Assembly (NCBI GenBank): GCA_905178155.1
Contig: CAJINV010000009.1
Span: 2,519,373 to 2,583,372, forward strand
Source of the DNA: Amoebophrya sp. A120
Lineage: Eukaryota; Protista; Dinoflagellata
DNA length: 64,000 bases
Direction: 5' to 3'
Positions 39,201 through 52,200 of this stretch are shown in pieces. The first letter of the stretch is position 1. Every line of letters begins with the position of its first letter. The notes under the pieces were generated by a model. The model searched no databases. It was not told where the DNA came from and saw only the letters and a program-made list of their open reading frames with translations. The translations under genes were made by a program, and so were the position numbers.

Positions 39201-41039
39201 GCAAAAACAGTGGTCAAATTGATTCCGTCGCACTCCTTGCGGCTGTGTCCGTAGTCCGGTGGTGGGATCATGGGCTTCTCCGTGGGTCTGCCGTCCTTGT
39301 TCGGTTTTTTGTGCTCCACTCCGTTGACCAGCAATTTCATTATGGATTTCAAAAGTATCGCGCTTGTAAGTACTCATCGCAGTCATGCACCATCACAAAT
39401 CTCTTTACCAAGGTGTAACTACTGCATTCCAAACTTCTTCATTTCTCAAGCTAGCGAAATTTTCCATGCCTTTTTTACTAGTGCGGTAACTTTTGCGCAG
39501 GATATTCACCTCGTAGGGCCAATTCGGCCCGTTCAGGTCGTAGTCGTCGCAACGCACGGACTTTATCACCCAGGCGTAGTTTGGCAAGTCCTTCTTATCT
39601 CGCCAGTTCTTAACAAAGTCAGGCGGTAAATCGAAGTAGACCTTTTATAGATAGTTTATTATGCGGGATCCCCTGCCTCAGCCTCAGTTGTATTTTGAAG
39701 AATCCTGCTTGATCCCCTCCGAAAGTCACATTATACGATTTTTACACTGTCTCGACGACGGACATGAAGGAATCAACTACATTAAACAAGCATTTAAAAG
39801 CTGGTAACTAAGTAAAGTACCTCTGAAGCCAATCCCACACTCGCAGCAGCTTGTCGCTCGACTTGCTGGATTTCCCCTATGCAATGCAAAAATATCGCAC
39901 AAATTGAATATTGAAATTAGCAGTAAAAATCGCATTAGAAATTATATTCCTATATCGTGCGAGTAGTTGCACTTGAATGAGAAACCTCACCCGACCAAGA
40001 AATCGAAATGCAAAACGAGGCTTTTACTTTTTATCGTGCAGAGTCAGGTACTAGATGAGAAACCAAAAATTTGTCATGCAGTATTGCGATGTTGAGTTGT
40101 AGAAGCAGTTGCAGTGGCGCGATGCGTTTGCAGTGCGTATTTCCTGCTTGTGCCGTGCACGCCATTATCAAAGGGGGAAAAAGCGTTAACATCAACGGAA
40201 TTTGAGACGCAGTAACGCATCACAGAACGTGCCCAAGTTTGTCATGCATAGCATGCATACCAGGCAAAAGTTGTCATGCATATTTGCAATCTATTAAAAC
40301 CGTTACTAACGTTAACACTTTTTTGTTTGATAGCCATGAAGGGGTCCACATGCTTGAGACGACACCTGGGGCAGACCCAGGCGCCCCGGCGCTGCGCCTT
40401 TTCGCACTCGTCCATTCTTGATTTCTTCTGGCCTTGGTACCAGGACTTTACGCAGGCTGTGTGGAATTTGGTCTTGCACAGCCAGCACTTGTAAAACAAA
40501 ATCGCGCTCGGATTGTAGTCCGGCTTCTCCCGTTCCCGGGCGGTAAATTTCATCACCTTGGAGCCGCACAGGCAGGGGTGTGGCGAGACGTAGTCGGGGT
40601 GTCCCGGGTGGTTAGTGGAATACTGCTGTCGTGGTTTTCTGTTCATCTTCATAGAAGCGATTTGCGGTGCCGGGGGAACTTGTTGATGTCCATCGTCGTC
40701 TACTTGTTCCTGTGGGCGTCGTATGAAATGTAAAAATGTCTGGGTCATCTGGAAGATTGCAGGAGTTTGTCATGCATCTTCTGGATCACGCAACTGGTCT
40801 CTAATGCACGCAGAAGCATTACAGGTTTTTGCGCAGGCCTCCTGATGTCTATCCCGCATGAGAAATTCCCTATTTGCGTAGCAAGAAATGGGAATCTTTT
40901 GGTGCTTATGCAATACAAATTTTTGCCTATTCCAGAATTCGCATGACAAGTTCGGATCCTTCCAGACCCAGACATTATATTTGCATTTGATACGTCGCTC
41001 CATGTCGATCACTCGCTTCGGCTCAACAGTGTCGTCCAT
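36234..41039 (-). CDS. SIZ1: SIZ1/PIAS-like SUMO E3 ligase (PHD finger, SP-RING/MIZ finger, C-terminal SIM)
   Basis: PHD CLCG..CWLC..FHTAC..WVCPRC; SP-RING ISLVCPIS..THLQTFD..WKCP; terminal EVIELSD*; 12 introners plus GT-AG intron 39642-39820. Confidence 0.8.
36321..36577. mobile_element. Introner F2
   Basis: TSD GAAGT. Confidence 0.9.
36846..36994. mobile_element. Introner F1
   Basis: TSD GTGCT. Confidence 0.92.
37089..37238. mobile_element. Introner F1
   Basis: TSD TGCCG. Confidence 0.9.
37288..37603. mobile_element. Introner, F9-related
   Basis: TIR TGAAAAATGCCCCCACCCC; TSD ATCTC. Confidence 0.88.
37739..37889. mobile_element. Introner F1
   Basis: TSD TGCGT/TGCGC. Confidence 0.9.
37938..38166. 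mobile_element. Introner F11
   Basis: TSD CCGCA. Confidence 0.9.
38248..38396. mobile_element. Introner F1
   Basis: TSD TGCGA; splits the SP-RING. Confidence 0.9.
38827..39097. mobile_element. Introner F2
   Basis: TSD CGGTA/CGGTT. Confidence 0.88.
39341..39504. mobile_element. Introner F1 (degenerate)
   Basis: TSD TTCAT/TTCAC. Confidence 0.82.
39878..40139. mobile_element. Introner F1-like (degenerate)
   Basis: Eroded TIR; flanks TCCCC/TTTCC. Confidence 0.7.
40166..40332. mobile_element. Introner F3
   Basis: TSD GCCAT. Confidence 0.9.
40722..40992. mobile_element. Introner F2
   Basis: TSD CGTCG. Confidence 0.9.
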
Positions 41040-42009
41040 GTTTTAAATGATAAATCAAGTTGTCAGCTACTTCAACATCAGTCGTATGCTTATTTGTTGT
41101 TCCCCGGTATAAATAAATAGTCCATCTTGCTTTATTCGCCGCAACGACAACGAGATCATTTCATTTTCGAGTCGTGGTAAATTTTTCATATCCATTTTGC
41201 GCATGATGTTAATTTTCTCGCCCACATCTCATCAAGTTGTTCTGTTATCTAAAAACCGGACCTGCAACTTTGACTGCAAGAACTGTTGGTCTTGGTACTA
41301 GGCAATAAACGGCATATCAAGATAAAGAGGTCGCTGAAGCTGGTGTGGCAGGTCTGTTGTTGGTTCTTGTTCGCAGACTGAAATAAGAAGCACGAATCGT
41401 AGATACGCTGCAGCTGCAGAGGACCAACATGATTGTATTTCTATTTATTTGCTTCTTGTAAACTATCGCTGTGCAGCAATTTTGCAAATCGAATTCGTAG
41501 TGACCACTGGCACTGGTAGGACGATATGATTACTAGGCAGAACAGCGCTAAGCATATTTCTGTAGTTGTTCTAGGTGACAACAAGAGCTACAGTTACAGA
41601 CTGATACTGAAGAGGTGCACGCATATGTTTTCTACTTTGCGAGATGAACAGGTGGTGCGCAATATCCTTTTTTATTTCTTGTTCTTCCTTTCGCTCTACT
41701 TCCTCTTCATCGAACACCAAGACATAAAGCAGGACGTTGCGTCATAAGGTTTTCGTGCGGATCCCGCGCTCACGACGTTAATCTGCTATGATGAATATTT
41801 TGAGAGAATTCAGCCACTGCTTGGGACGCCCATGCTCTATTCTTTCGAATTCTATCAAAACGCTTCTCCAAATAAAAGTCGTTGGTCTTTGATTTTGCGC
41901 CCGATCGGTAGGAGTAGTCGCCGAGAGGACCAAAGGGCCACCAACGTACTACAATTAACTCCCTCGAGTGCAGAATTGATGAAGGGGTAGAGTCTGAGCT
42001 GTGGTAAAA

Positions 42010-43050
42010 TTAGACCAGAAAATCGGAAGAAGTACATGCTTTTTTGCGTATCCCCTTGCAATGGGGGTCGCGGCTTGAATGAGGTTGGGGGGTGCGAAGG
42101 CGCGACCGCGTTCCGGGTTGTTTTATCCCGGAAAAATTAGCCCCCGGCATTGCGGCTGCGCGGCCGGGGCCGGGGCGGGTCGGCTTGGCGTAGATAGGAA
42201 GGCGACGGCACGCAGCCAACACCCCGCCACCCGCCCCCGAGCTGGGCCCACGTCGGGGACACACAACCGACGCGGCGCGCATCCCGGGGCCCCAACGCGA
42301 AGCCCTTCCGGGCACGGAAAAGCTCTTGCTTTGGCCGCGGCCTGGCGCGCCTTTTCCCTTCCGGGGCCCCGGCCGGCGGGTGAACTGCAGGCCCCCCAAG
42401 AGGCACGCGCGCCTCCCCCTTCCGGAGGGGGGGGGAAAAGGGGGGCCGAATTGGCCCAATTCGCCCCCCTTTTTGAGGGGGGGTAAAATGTGCCCGCTTC
42501 CGGGCCATTTTGCCCCCCCCCCTGTAGTAGCGGGGGAAGGCCATTTATTGCCCCCCCCTAAAAAAGGCGGCAGAATTGGGCCAATTCGGCCCCCTTTTTA
42601 CCCCCCCTCCAGAAGGGGGGGCCCGCGCGCCTTCCGGGCCCCCCTTCCCGGCCCCCCAATTGTGGGGCGGCTGCTGTTGGGGCCGAAGCAGGCCCCACCA
42701 CAGGGGCGCGCGCCCTACTGCTTCAAGGGCCGGCCCCTCCGGTACGGCGAGCAGGCCCATGCGCATCCGGCAAAAAACATGGCGGCGCCGCACCGGCCCG
42801 ACCGGGACGGGCTCGCGGGGAGGCCGCTTGGTGGGGCGGCGTTTCTCGCTCCTGGCGGGCTTCGAGGTCGGGAGGCCGCCCCGGTTCTCTTTGGCAAGCC
42901 ACAACGCCCGAGCCGCTGCATGGCGCAGCGAGGCCCTCGGGCCGGGTGTACTGTCGGGGCACCCCGCCGCCCCCGAAGCGAAACGATAGCGGCCCGTCAT
43001 GCAAGCGGGTGCGCGAAAAAGTATGTACTTCTTCCGATTTTCTGGTCTAA
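42010..43050. mobile_element. GC-rich MITE-like element, intergenic
   Basis: Perfect 28-bp TIR TTAGACCAGAAAATCGGAAGAAGTACAT; TSD TAAAA at 42005-42009 and 43051-43055. Confidence 0.9.
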
Positions 43051-43266
43051 TAAAAAATTACGTACTACTCGCTATATTTCTTAGTTCTGAACAACTAATA
43101 CTAAAAGGCGAGCAGTAAACAAGAAGCAATTAGAATTACACGATTTCCATCTGTTATTTCAACTTTCAACACGTGTTTCTGTTTTTTTAACAAGACATAT
43201 TATTACTTGAAGTCGTTCTGCCATACTACCCAACCAACGATGAGCCAGTAAGTAGCAGGCACCCTG

Positions 43267-46200
43267 CTACAACTCCTCTCTCCCAGCACCATTCATCTCC
43301 ATTTCCAACTCTGCTTCGTCCCCTCGCCCCGACACGATGTAGTCCATAAAAGTCCTCCGGGTGATTTTATTTTTATTCGGTTTTTCATTTGCATTGCCGC
43401 CTTCCACTCGAAGATCATTCTTCCCCCACAAGCGATCGTACCGCATCCACTGGACCCCCCCGATCCTTTTCGCCTGGTCCAGTTTGTGCTCTTTGGTCAA
43501 CGGATTTTGGCACAGGTCCACGGTTTTCGCGGCCTCAAAATTCAGCTCGGTATCACACCACGTCTCGCAGAAGAGCCAGGACCGGTGCAAGCTGTGGATT
43601 TGCAGTTGGTCCGTACCGTACAGGTAGTTCGGCAAGTCCTGGTCAAGGTTGCTGAGACTGTTGCTGTCCTGCCCGAGCTCTTTGAACGTGTGCCGCAGCA
43701 GGTCCGGCGCGCCGATCTGGATAAACTTCGGAATGTTTACCACGAACAAAGTATGCAACAGCCAGGGTTCAAATCGTCAAAGTTTGTCATGCATAAAATG
43801 CAACGCAGAAAGTGTCTGTCTTGCAGAGTAGCAGGCAAGGGAGGCAGATTGCAAGCCTGTTTCGGTGTAGAAATGGAGCTGCTAAAGTAGCACGACAAAA
43901 GGCGTCTTCCTTACCCAAACAGCATGACAAACTGGATTTCGGCTGTACTCAAGTTTCTCATGCACCGCTTAGAAATTCGGCTTCCAACTGGTATCGATTT
44001 TATGCATTACAAGTTATTTCAACTTTGTCGATTTAAACTGTGACACATCCATAAAAAGCAGAGATGTGATAATGCTTCTGTTTCGGGGGTTTCGGCAGAA
44101 CGCTGTCGGCATGGCTGTAGTTGTCCGATGTCCCTGTCGTGGCGCTGCCGCGTCGAGCTTTTGCAGTCTTCTTGCCCTGGTGCCTCTTTTCGATCGCGAC
44201 GGCACCTTGGCCGGTGGTGGTGTCATCGTCTTGGTCTTGGTCTATTTCATCTTCGTCAGGATCATCCGCGTCAACATCGTCTTCGTCCTTCTTGTCCCCA
44301 TCTGTCCCGCCGTCCTTCTTCGTCCTCTTCCCCACAAACATATCACTTATCTTGGTCTCCAGCAAATTTTTCCAGTACCCGCTATCCCAGAACCGGTGCC
44401 CGAGGGTTGAGTTGTTTTTGAATTTCCCGTGGCAGAAGGGCACAAAGGCCCAAGCGGGGCTGTATTCCTTGAGTTTCCGCTCGCGTTCCATTTCTTGCTT
44501 CGCCAGTTCCCCGCGAAGAATGTGCGGCACGTTCAGCTCTTCAGCCAGCAACGGATTCTTCGCGAGCCCCGCCTCCTCCTCGTCAATCGTGTTGATCTGC
44601 GACGTTTTCCAGAGCGGAACCAAAGAAGACTTCACAATCTGGTCGGCGTCGATGAAAATGATTCGGTCGGTATCATAGGAAAAAGTGTTAAGACGTTAAC
44701 GGTTTTCACAGATTGCAGCCGTGCATCACAAATGTAGCCCAATATGCATGCTATGCATGACAATTTCTGACACGTCTTGTGATGCGTTTCTGCATCACAA
44801 ATTCCGTTAACATTAACACTTTTTCCCGTGATAGTCGGTTCTCTGGTAAAACAGCTGGTCCAAAAAAAGAATTTTGTACGCCCAGATGAGCTATGCAATG
44901 CAAAAGTATCGTATTCGTATAAATGCATTACAAATTTCCTCAGCATGAGAAATAAAATCTGTAATGCGGATTGACCTTAAGAAGAGAATTTGTAATGCAT
45001 GATTGCAATACGAGTACGATGCTTTTGCACAGGGTATGAGCCGCTGCTTGTCTTTCCGGATACCTGCAGAAAAAAATTTATGGACGACGAGCTGCAAGGA
45101 GTTTCTTTTTATTTTCAGGACGAACGTATATGTTTCTATCTAGTTCTCCCCGAATTTTAATTTTCGAATATGAGGAAGTAGATGCAGCACGGGCGGCCGC
45201 GGCAAAGGCAAAGCATGCAGCCAAACATTTCTTGTTCTTTTAGAGCCAAAACGGTGGATAGCGCGAGACGATTTGAGAACGTGCTGAGGACTTGCGCAAA
45301 ACTTGCGCGCGCGCGGCTTTTTCAGCAGCAGGCGGCAGGCGCCACAAGCGTCTGTAGAACCCCGGCGCCGCCCTCCGGGGCGTTTTTTTTGGTGGGTGGC
45401 TCGGCCGGATGGCGATAGCCTGTCCCCCCTCGCCATGGATAACATTACCCACCATGGGCTGAAGGCCGGCAAAATGGACTTTGTTCGGCTGGCCTCTTCA
45501 GAAGAGGCGAAGCCACACCTGCACCACACACCCGAAGGAGGCAAGGTAGGGGAGACAGCGCCAGGGCCCCTGCCAGGTGCAGAGGGTGCACGCCGGCAGA
45601 GACGCTAATAGGGCGCCGCGAGGTCACCAAGGGAGGACGCCAGGCTCGCCCGCCAGCCTGCCGGCTTGGGCGGGGCGAGGCAGAACACGCCCCAGCACTG
45701 ACTCTGCTGCCCTAGGTAGGCTAGCGGTGGGCGCAAGGCCGTGGCCATAGGGGGCTGTCCCCCTGGCTGGCTGTGCACGCAGAGGCCCCACTCTGCCAAC
45801 GAAACCCGTCGCGCGCCCGATGCTGCGCAGGCATTCTGAGAGCAGAATCGAGGGGAAATCACGGCCAGGGCATTTAACCCGAGAACAGCGGCCACTCCCG
45901 GTGCTGCGCACTTAACCCGAGAACAATCCGGTCGGTTCGCTGGTAAAACAGCTGGTCCAAAAAAAGAATTTTGTACGCCCAGATGAGCTATGGATTGCAG
46001 AAGGATCCTACTCGTATAAATGCATCACAAATGTTCTCAGCATGAGAAGTGAAATTTGTAATGCTGATTTACCCTAAGAAAAAGACTTGTAATGCATGAT
46101 TGCCATTACTACGAGCACGATACTTTTGCAGTTCATATGAGCCGCTGCTTGTCTTTGCGGATACCTGCAAAAAAAAATTTATGGACGATTTTTTTCTCTT

Positions 46201-49200
46201 CACGCCGAACGTTATGTTTCTAATTCTATCTAGTTCTCCCCGGATTTGAATTTTCGAAATGTGGAAGATGCAGCATTGGCGGGGGCCGCGGCAAAGCATG
46301 CAGCCAAACCTTCTTGTTCTTCGTGATCCAAAGTCCGCAGCATGGTACTTCTATCACACTCTATGTCTATGGTGCTGGGAACAGATGTTGAATACTTAAA
46401 TAAATACCGATTTTTTCATCCCCCGTGCTGATCCAGGTTTCGTCAAAAGAAGCCGCCCCCGATCCGGTTTTTTTCAGGTAGTCAGGCCAGGCGGGCACGG
46501 GAAGTAATTCCACCCCCGTGTTGGGCAAAACCTGTTCGATTTCATTTTCGTCGAAGTTGCTCGACAAGAAATCCTTCAGCACGTAAAACTGCAACCGCCA
46601 GTATCCGAGTGCACAACTCCCCCTCCGTCCCCCTCATTTGGATTTGTATATATTTTTGCATGAACAGCAATACAAACACTTACACCAACACACATGGAGC
46701 CTGTGCGTGACAAGTTCATGTGCCTAGTGTAGAAGGACTGTGTGGGCTTTCGAAATTTGTCATGCAAACAGTCCCAGAGCGCAGCAATTCAATTGGATTG
46801 GGCATTTGACATGACAAACACAAATGAGGGGGAGGGGGAGTTGTTGTGCACTTTGATAGCCAGTCCAGGGGCGTAGAATGTCTCGCCGAAGTCATCATGA
46901 TGCGAAGGAGCCTCTCATACTGCCACCCGGATGCGACAGAAAAGATGTGAATCGTCTTTTCGCTATCCTGTGCAAAAGTATCGCACTCCTCGTAGTAATT
47001 GCAGTCATGCATTACAAATTTTTTTCTTAAGGTAAATCCGCATTACAAATTTGATTTCTCATGCTGCGGAAATTTGTCATGCATTTATACGAGTACGATA
47101 CTTTTGCAGTTCATATTCGCCCTGGTTGATCCTGCTTTTCGACGCTCTAACTGTTGTACTGGAAGCTGCTGTAGAAGTTGTTGTTTTGGCTGCAGCTGGT
47201 GCCACCTCCTCCTGAGCGGCTTTACTACCAGCAGCGGTAGTACTTGATTCGCCTGTAGCAACTGCAGTTGTACTAGTTCCAGGTGCAGATGAAGTTGCTG
47301 CACTGGTAGCTCCTGCAGAAGCAGATGACATGAACTCCTCGCGTGTCATCGGGCAGGGTTCTAGTAACGCCAAGTCTTTTTCCATCCGAATCTCGTCTGC
47401 GAGAGACAGAACCGCCTCCGTTGAGCCGGCGACGTTTGTCTATGGTACAGAAAAAAAAAAAGCTAAAGCGCATCATTTTCACGTTCGGCTTGGCGTGATT
47501 ATATGCAAGTAGACAGATACAGATTCATTTGTCCATTCGCATTCATCTTCATGTTCATGATTTTTGCATACAACACAAGTCTGAACTTGTCTGTAGCTTT
47601 TTATTTGTTCTGTGGGATATTGCTGGGCTGGTGAGAAGGTTAATGGGCTTCGGGAAGAGACTCAATTTCCGTGCAGATTGTCGCCCGTCAAAGCCGCCGA
47701 AGTGCACTTGTAGCGGAAGAACATCAACGGAGTCAGTTGCGGAAGAAGTTGCAGCTTGATGCTCCATTGGAGTCGCTCGAGCAGCTGCAAGAAACTCCTG
47801 CACCCCGACTGTGAAGACATATCTGTTATCCTTATTCGCATTCACACTCGTGGTCCGCATGTGAACCCGCTGGTTTTTTACGTGCGTCTCCGATCGAAGC
47901 TGCGGGAGGACCATCCGCCTAGTTGTGCTACTAGATGGTGTAGTACTAATTTGTGATGTTGATGTACCGTCGACTACAGCAGCAGACTTTTTGTTCCTCA
48001 AGCCGGCAGACGTTGACGAAGAGTCATTGGCGCCAGCGATGGGCAGACACATCAGCTCCTCCTCCATACCAAAAATAGATCCTATATGGGCTTCCCAAGC
48101 CCTACACTCTCAGCTGTTACACGGATTTGCCATGCAAAAGCACTATCATCATCCACACTATCAGGCTGCTTCGCATGACAAATTTGCGAAAGGCCAGACA
48201 GCAACTAAATTTTCCGTGCAGAATTTGTAATGCTACAGGTGCGAGAACCTCCCCCCGTTGACTTTTGCTATTCTTGCATTGCAAGTTCGTGTGACAGTTG
48301 AGAATGTAACGCTTGAGAACTACGCCATATCCCCGTTTCTGCTTCTCCTCCACCAGCTGGAAGTTTTTCATGGTAACCTTCCGCTTGGGTAGGAAAATTT
48401 CTCCGGAGCTAATGCGCTCGGCGTCAAATGTGGACACGTCCGCATTTACCGTGTACTGAATCCCGGTGACTTCGTACTCCGCTTTGAAACTCTGATCCAA
48501 CGAATTCACCTCGTTCGCCCGCAGGTTGTCTATGGAAGTGTCAGGATCGAAATCGACAAAGGTGAAATGATTTGCCATGCATAAAATAGATGCCAGCTAA
48601 AGCCCAGTTTCTAACTTGCGCATGACAAACTTGGGTAGAATGCAAATCCAGTTTGTCATGCTGTTTGGGTAAGGACGACGACTTTTGTCATGCTACTTGA
48701 GCAGCTCCACTTGCACTTCTACCCCTCAACAGGCTTACAGTCTGCCTCTCTTGCGTCCTCTGCAATAGAGACAGTCTCTGCGTTGCATTTTCTGCTGCGT
48801 CACAAACTATTTCAACTTTGTCGATTTCAACCCTGACGCTTTCATATTGTCCAGATCCCCGGTAGAGTTCTCCGTGAGTAACAGCTGCCATGAGCTCTAT
48901 GAATTGCAAAAGTATCGCACTAGTAACATGGTATGTATCGCATGAGAAATTTCCTCAAGAGCAGGTAAGTTGGAATTTGTCATGCGGATTCAAGTGACAT
49001 AAACCAGATTTGTCATGCTTGAACTAACAATGTCAGTGGGATTATTAGTACGAGTACGATACTCTTCTATTTGCACTTGATAAGCTCGACGGCGGAACGA
49101 TTTCCAGGTACAGCCTTCCACTCGTCTTGATGTTCTCAAAGGTCGTTTCATCCAGAGGAAACAACACCCCCTCGCATCCAATTTGTCATGCAAAACATAA

Positions 49201-52200
49201 ATATTCACGGTGAAAAGCACTCGTCAGTACAAGGATCGATATGATGTATCTGTATGATGCAGCTTCTCAGCATCGAGAAGTGAAGAAATACCAGATCCAT
49301 GCTGTCCAAGCGGGCTGCGACACGAGTGTCACAGCATGCCTGGACGAAAGTCAGCGCGTAGGTCCACCCTAGGGTAGACCGCAAGCGCGGACTAGTAACG
49401 CACTCCGGGGAGTGCGTCAGCAAAGACCCAGCAGAGCACACACCGCGACAAGGTCGGGGTAGTGCTAGCTGGTCGCTACATCAGGGTGTAGGCGGGCGGG
49501 GAAAACTGAAAAAATATCCAGAAATCCCAGCCGGGGCTGTAAATGAATGTATGAACGATGAATATGAACGAGACCGATCTTGCTGACGATGCTTTCACTC
49601 GAAATATTTATCCCGTAAAAATATTCACGGTGAAAAGCACTCGTCAGTACAAGGATCGATATGATGTATCTGTATGATGCAGCTTCTCAGCATCGAGAAG
49701 TGAAGAAATACCAGATCCATGCTGTCCAAGCGGGCTGCGACACGAGTGTCACAGCATGCCTGGACGAAAGTCAGCGCACAGGTCCACCCGAGGGTAGACC
49801 GCAAGCGCGGACTAGTAACGCACTCCGGGGAGTGCGTCAGCAAAGACCCAGCAGTCAGAGCACACACCGCGACAAGGTCGGGGTAGTGCTAGCTGTGGCT
49901 TTCCTCCTCTTCACTGGCGCGAAGAGTGCTTCTGTATTTTGGCTATCGTGTGCACGATAAAGCGCCCCAAACGTTCTCAGGGCGTCGCTGATATGATCTA
50001 CAATTCATGAGGGACGACCGGTCTGATCCAGGGGATCAGTAGGAGCACAAGGTAGAGATCTGAGCACAAAAGATCAGTGGAGGTCATGGAGGGGACACCG
50101 TCAGGTACTGATCTGTTGTGCTGGAAGATCTCATGCTTGGGCTGCGAACTACAAGCGTAACACTTGCGACTGGTACGAAAGGAACCCGAGAAAGGCTTCG
50201 CCTGCTACAGACACTCTTCTCCTCCTGCTGGGAGATCATTGCTTTCTTTGGCATTTTCAGATTGAAACGTGAAACGATCATACAGTAAACCACCACTGAA
50301 TGTCTGGGTGGACGTAAAACTTGTGGTTGATGTATTTTAAGCAATCCACTGAATAGGTTTCCTCCCACATCAAACTTGACTCTGACCATCCAAAATGGTT
50401 TGTCACTTTCCTTTTGAAAACTTCAAATTTCTTCCTTGCGATCTCATCGCCTGCGGGTGTTGCACCGCACTCCAGGCTTCTGAACCTGAGCCACATCGCT
50501 AAGCTTCTTCTGACTCCGTATGGCGTTGTGCCTAACTTTCTGCACAAAATGTCCATCTCGGTTTTGTGCACCGGGAAATCTGCTGGATACCTTGTAATAT
50601 TTGTATGTATTGAGGCAATGGGGTATATGCACTCAAAGCATGTATGCAAATGCTCTACACTGCTCATAGGCTATCATCACTAAACTATTAGTACCATGAA
50701 TTCTGTGGAATTCTGGCATAGAAGCTCTCGCCTGGCACGGCGAACACTTTTTCGGATGTGACTAGTGTTCTGACGAAGCGCCCCGGTGCTTCCGGGTCAT
50801 CCTTGACTTGCAGCGGGTCTATTGACGCAAAGGCTGATGGTCGGAGTCCTGTGGGCGCCCACATGGCGAATAACCGAGATTCTCTTGCGTTCAGCAGGTT
50901 CAGCTTGCTCGTGTCAGGCGGGATGGCTCTCTTAACTGAGAGGTCCCTCACCAGGCTCTTCAGCCTGTGGTATGTTGCTTGCTGTATTTGCTGGCAGTGC
51001 GATTGTGTCTGCTCCAGAAGCTCCAGCGATCGTAATCTGATCGCGATCGTCGAGATGTACGGGATCGGGTTCCCGATATCTTTTTCGCAAATCCACGTGG
51101 CAAACGGGATGAGGTGGTGGTTGAAGGTGACACTGGCGTGTCGCTTTTTGATTACTTCTACTTCTGCTTGTGTGGTGAAAGTGTGGGGAATGAAGAAAAA
51201 CTCCGGGTGGTGCAGCTGACAATAGCGCATCCAAACTCTCCACTTTGAATTTCGTGTCTCGACTTCACCTGAGAAGAAAATAAATGCGGAAGAGACAGGG
51301 GAGGTATGTACTCTCTGTCATGTAGCCTTGCTCTCCTCTGATTTGCAAAGGGAAAAAACTCTACTCATCTCAGATACCTACAATGCGGCAATCCCGCTCT
51401 TCTTCAGGCCAAAATAGTAAGACTGTCTGTGGTGGTAGTGGCCATTGTATGCTGATGTGATAGGGGACGATGTTTGGGGCTCTCTTTTGGGCGAGCAGGG
51501 TAGACCAGCGCTCCAACTGTGTCTTGATCCCATTAAAATGGTGACAAACTTTGCCTGCGCATCGTGCGAAATCACACGACTTCTTCGGCTCTTTCAGCTT
51601 GGCCTTCTTTTTCTGGTCGGCCTGTGCATTTTGAAACAAATATGTGAAACATCTACTCTTTCCTAATATCCCCCAGCATCAGTTCGTCATGTAACTCTTC
51701 GCATTCTTTTGCCAGCAATTCTAACTCCTGCATGATTTCGCTTCGCGAAAGTGGGAATTTTGTGCCGTGTGAGCGGCTTAATGAATCCATCATTTCTATT
51801 CTTGTTGTCGCATCCGCACTGCTCAAATGCGTTGAGACATAACTATAAAAGTACTCAATTTGCTGCAAATATGCTCTGTCGCTTAAGATGCTAATCACGG
51901 ACGCTGTTTTCGGACAATCAACTGATGCATTCACTATACCGTAAGTGCACGAAGAGTTGTCCACATTGACTATGTAGCTCGACGATTCGCTAAATCTCGT
52001 CAGCAGCCGCTGTCCTAATGCCACTGCGACCGCCTCGTAGCACATTATAGCTGACCTTTTGAAAAAGGACGGGATTTCATCTTGACTAGTATGCAGGAAG
52101 AAACCTATACTGTTGGCCTCATCTTCTAAGAAACTTATCGCGCCGAAACTAATTTTCCCGTCGCTTTGTGATGCGGCTGCGTCTGTAAACATGTGCACTC

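Noticed and set aside
42010-43084. ORFs up to 252 aa in the GC-rich element (also 22157-22729 and 45140-45911)
   Set aside because: Stop-poor GC-rich DNA, low-complexity products, no transposase motif
49200-49895. LTR pair or simple tandem duplication
   Set aside because: The A/B arrangement with a distal A1 copy, a YR gene and no integrase is the split-direct-repeat layout
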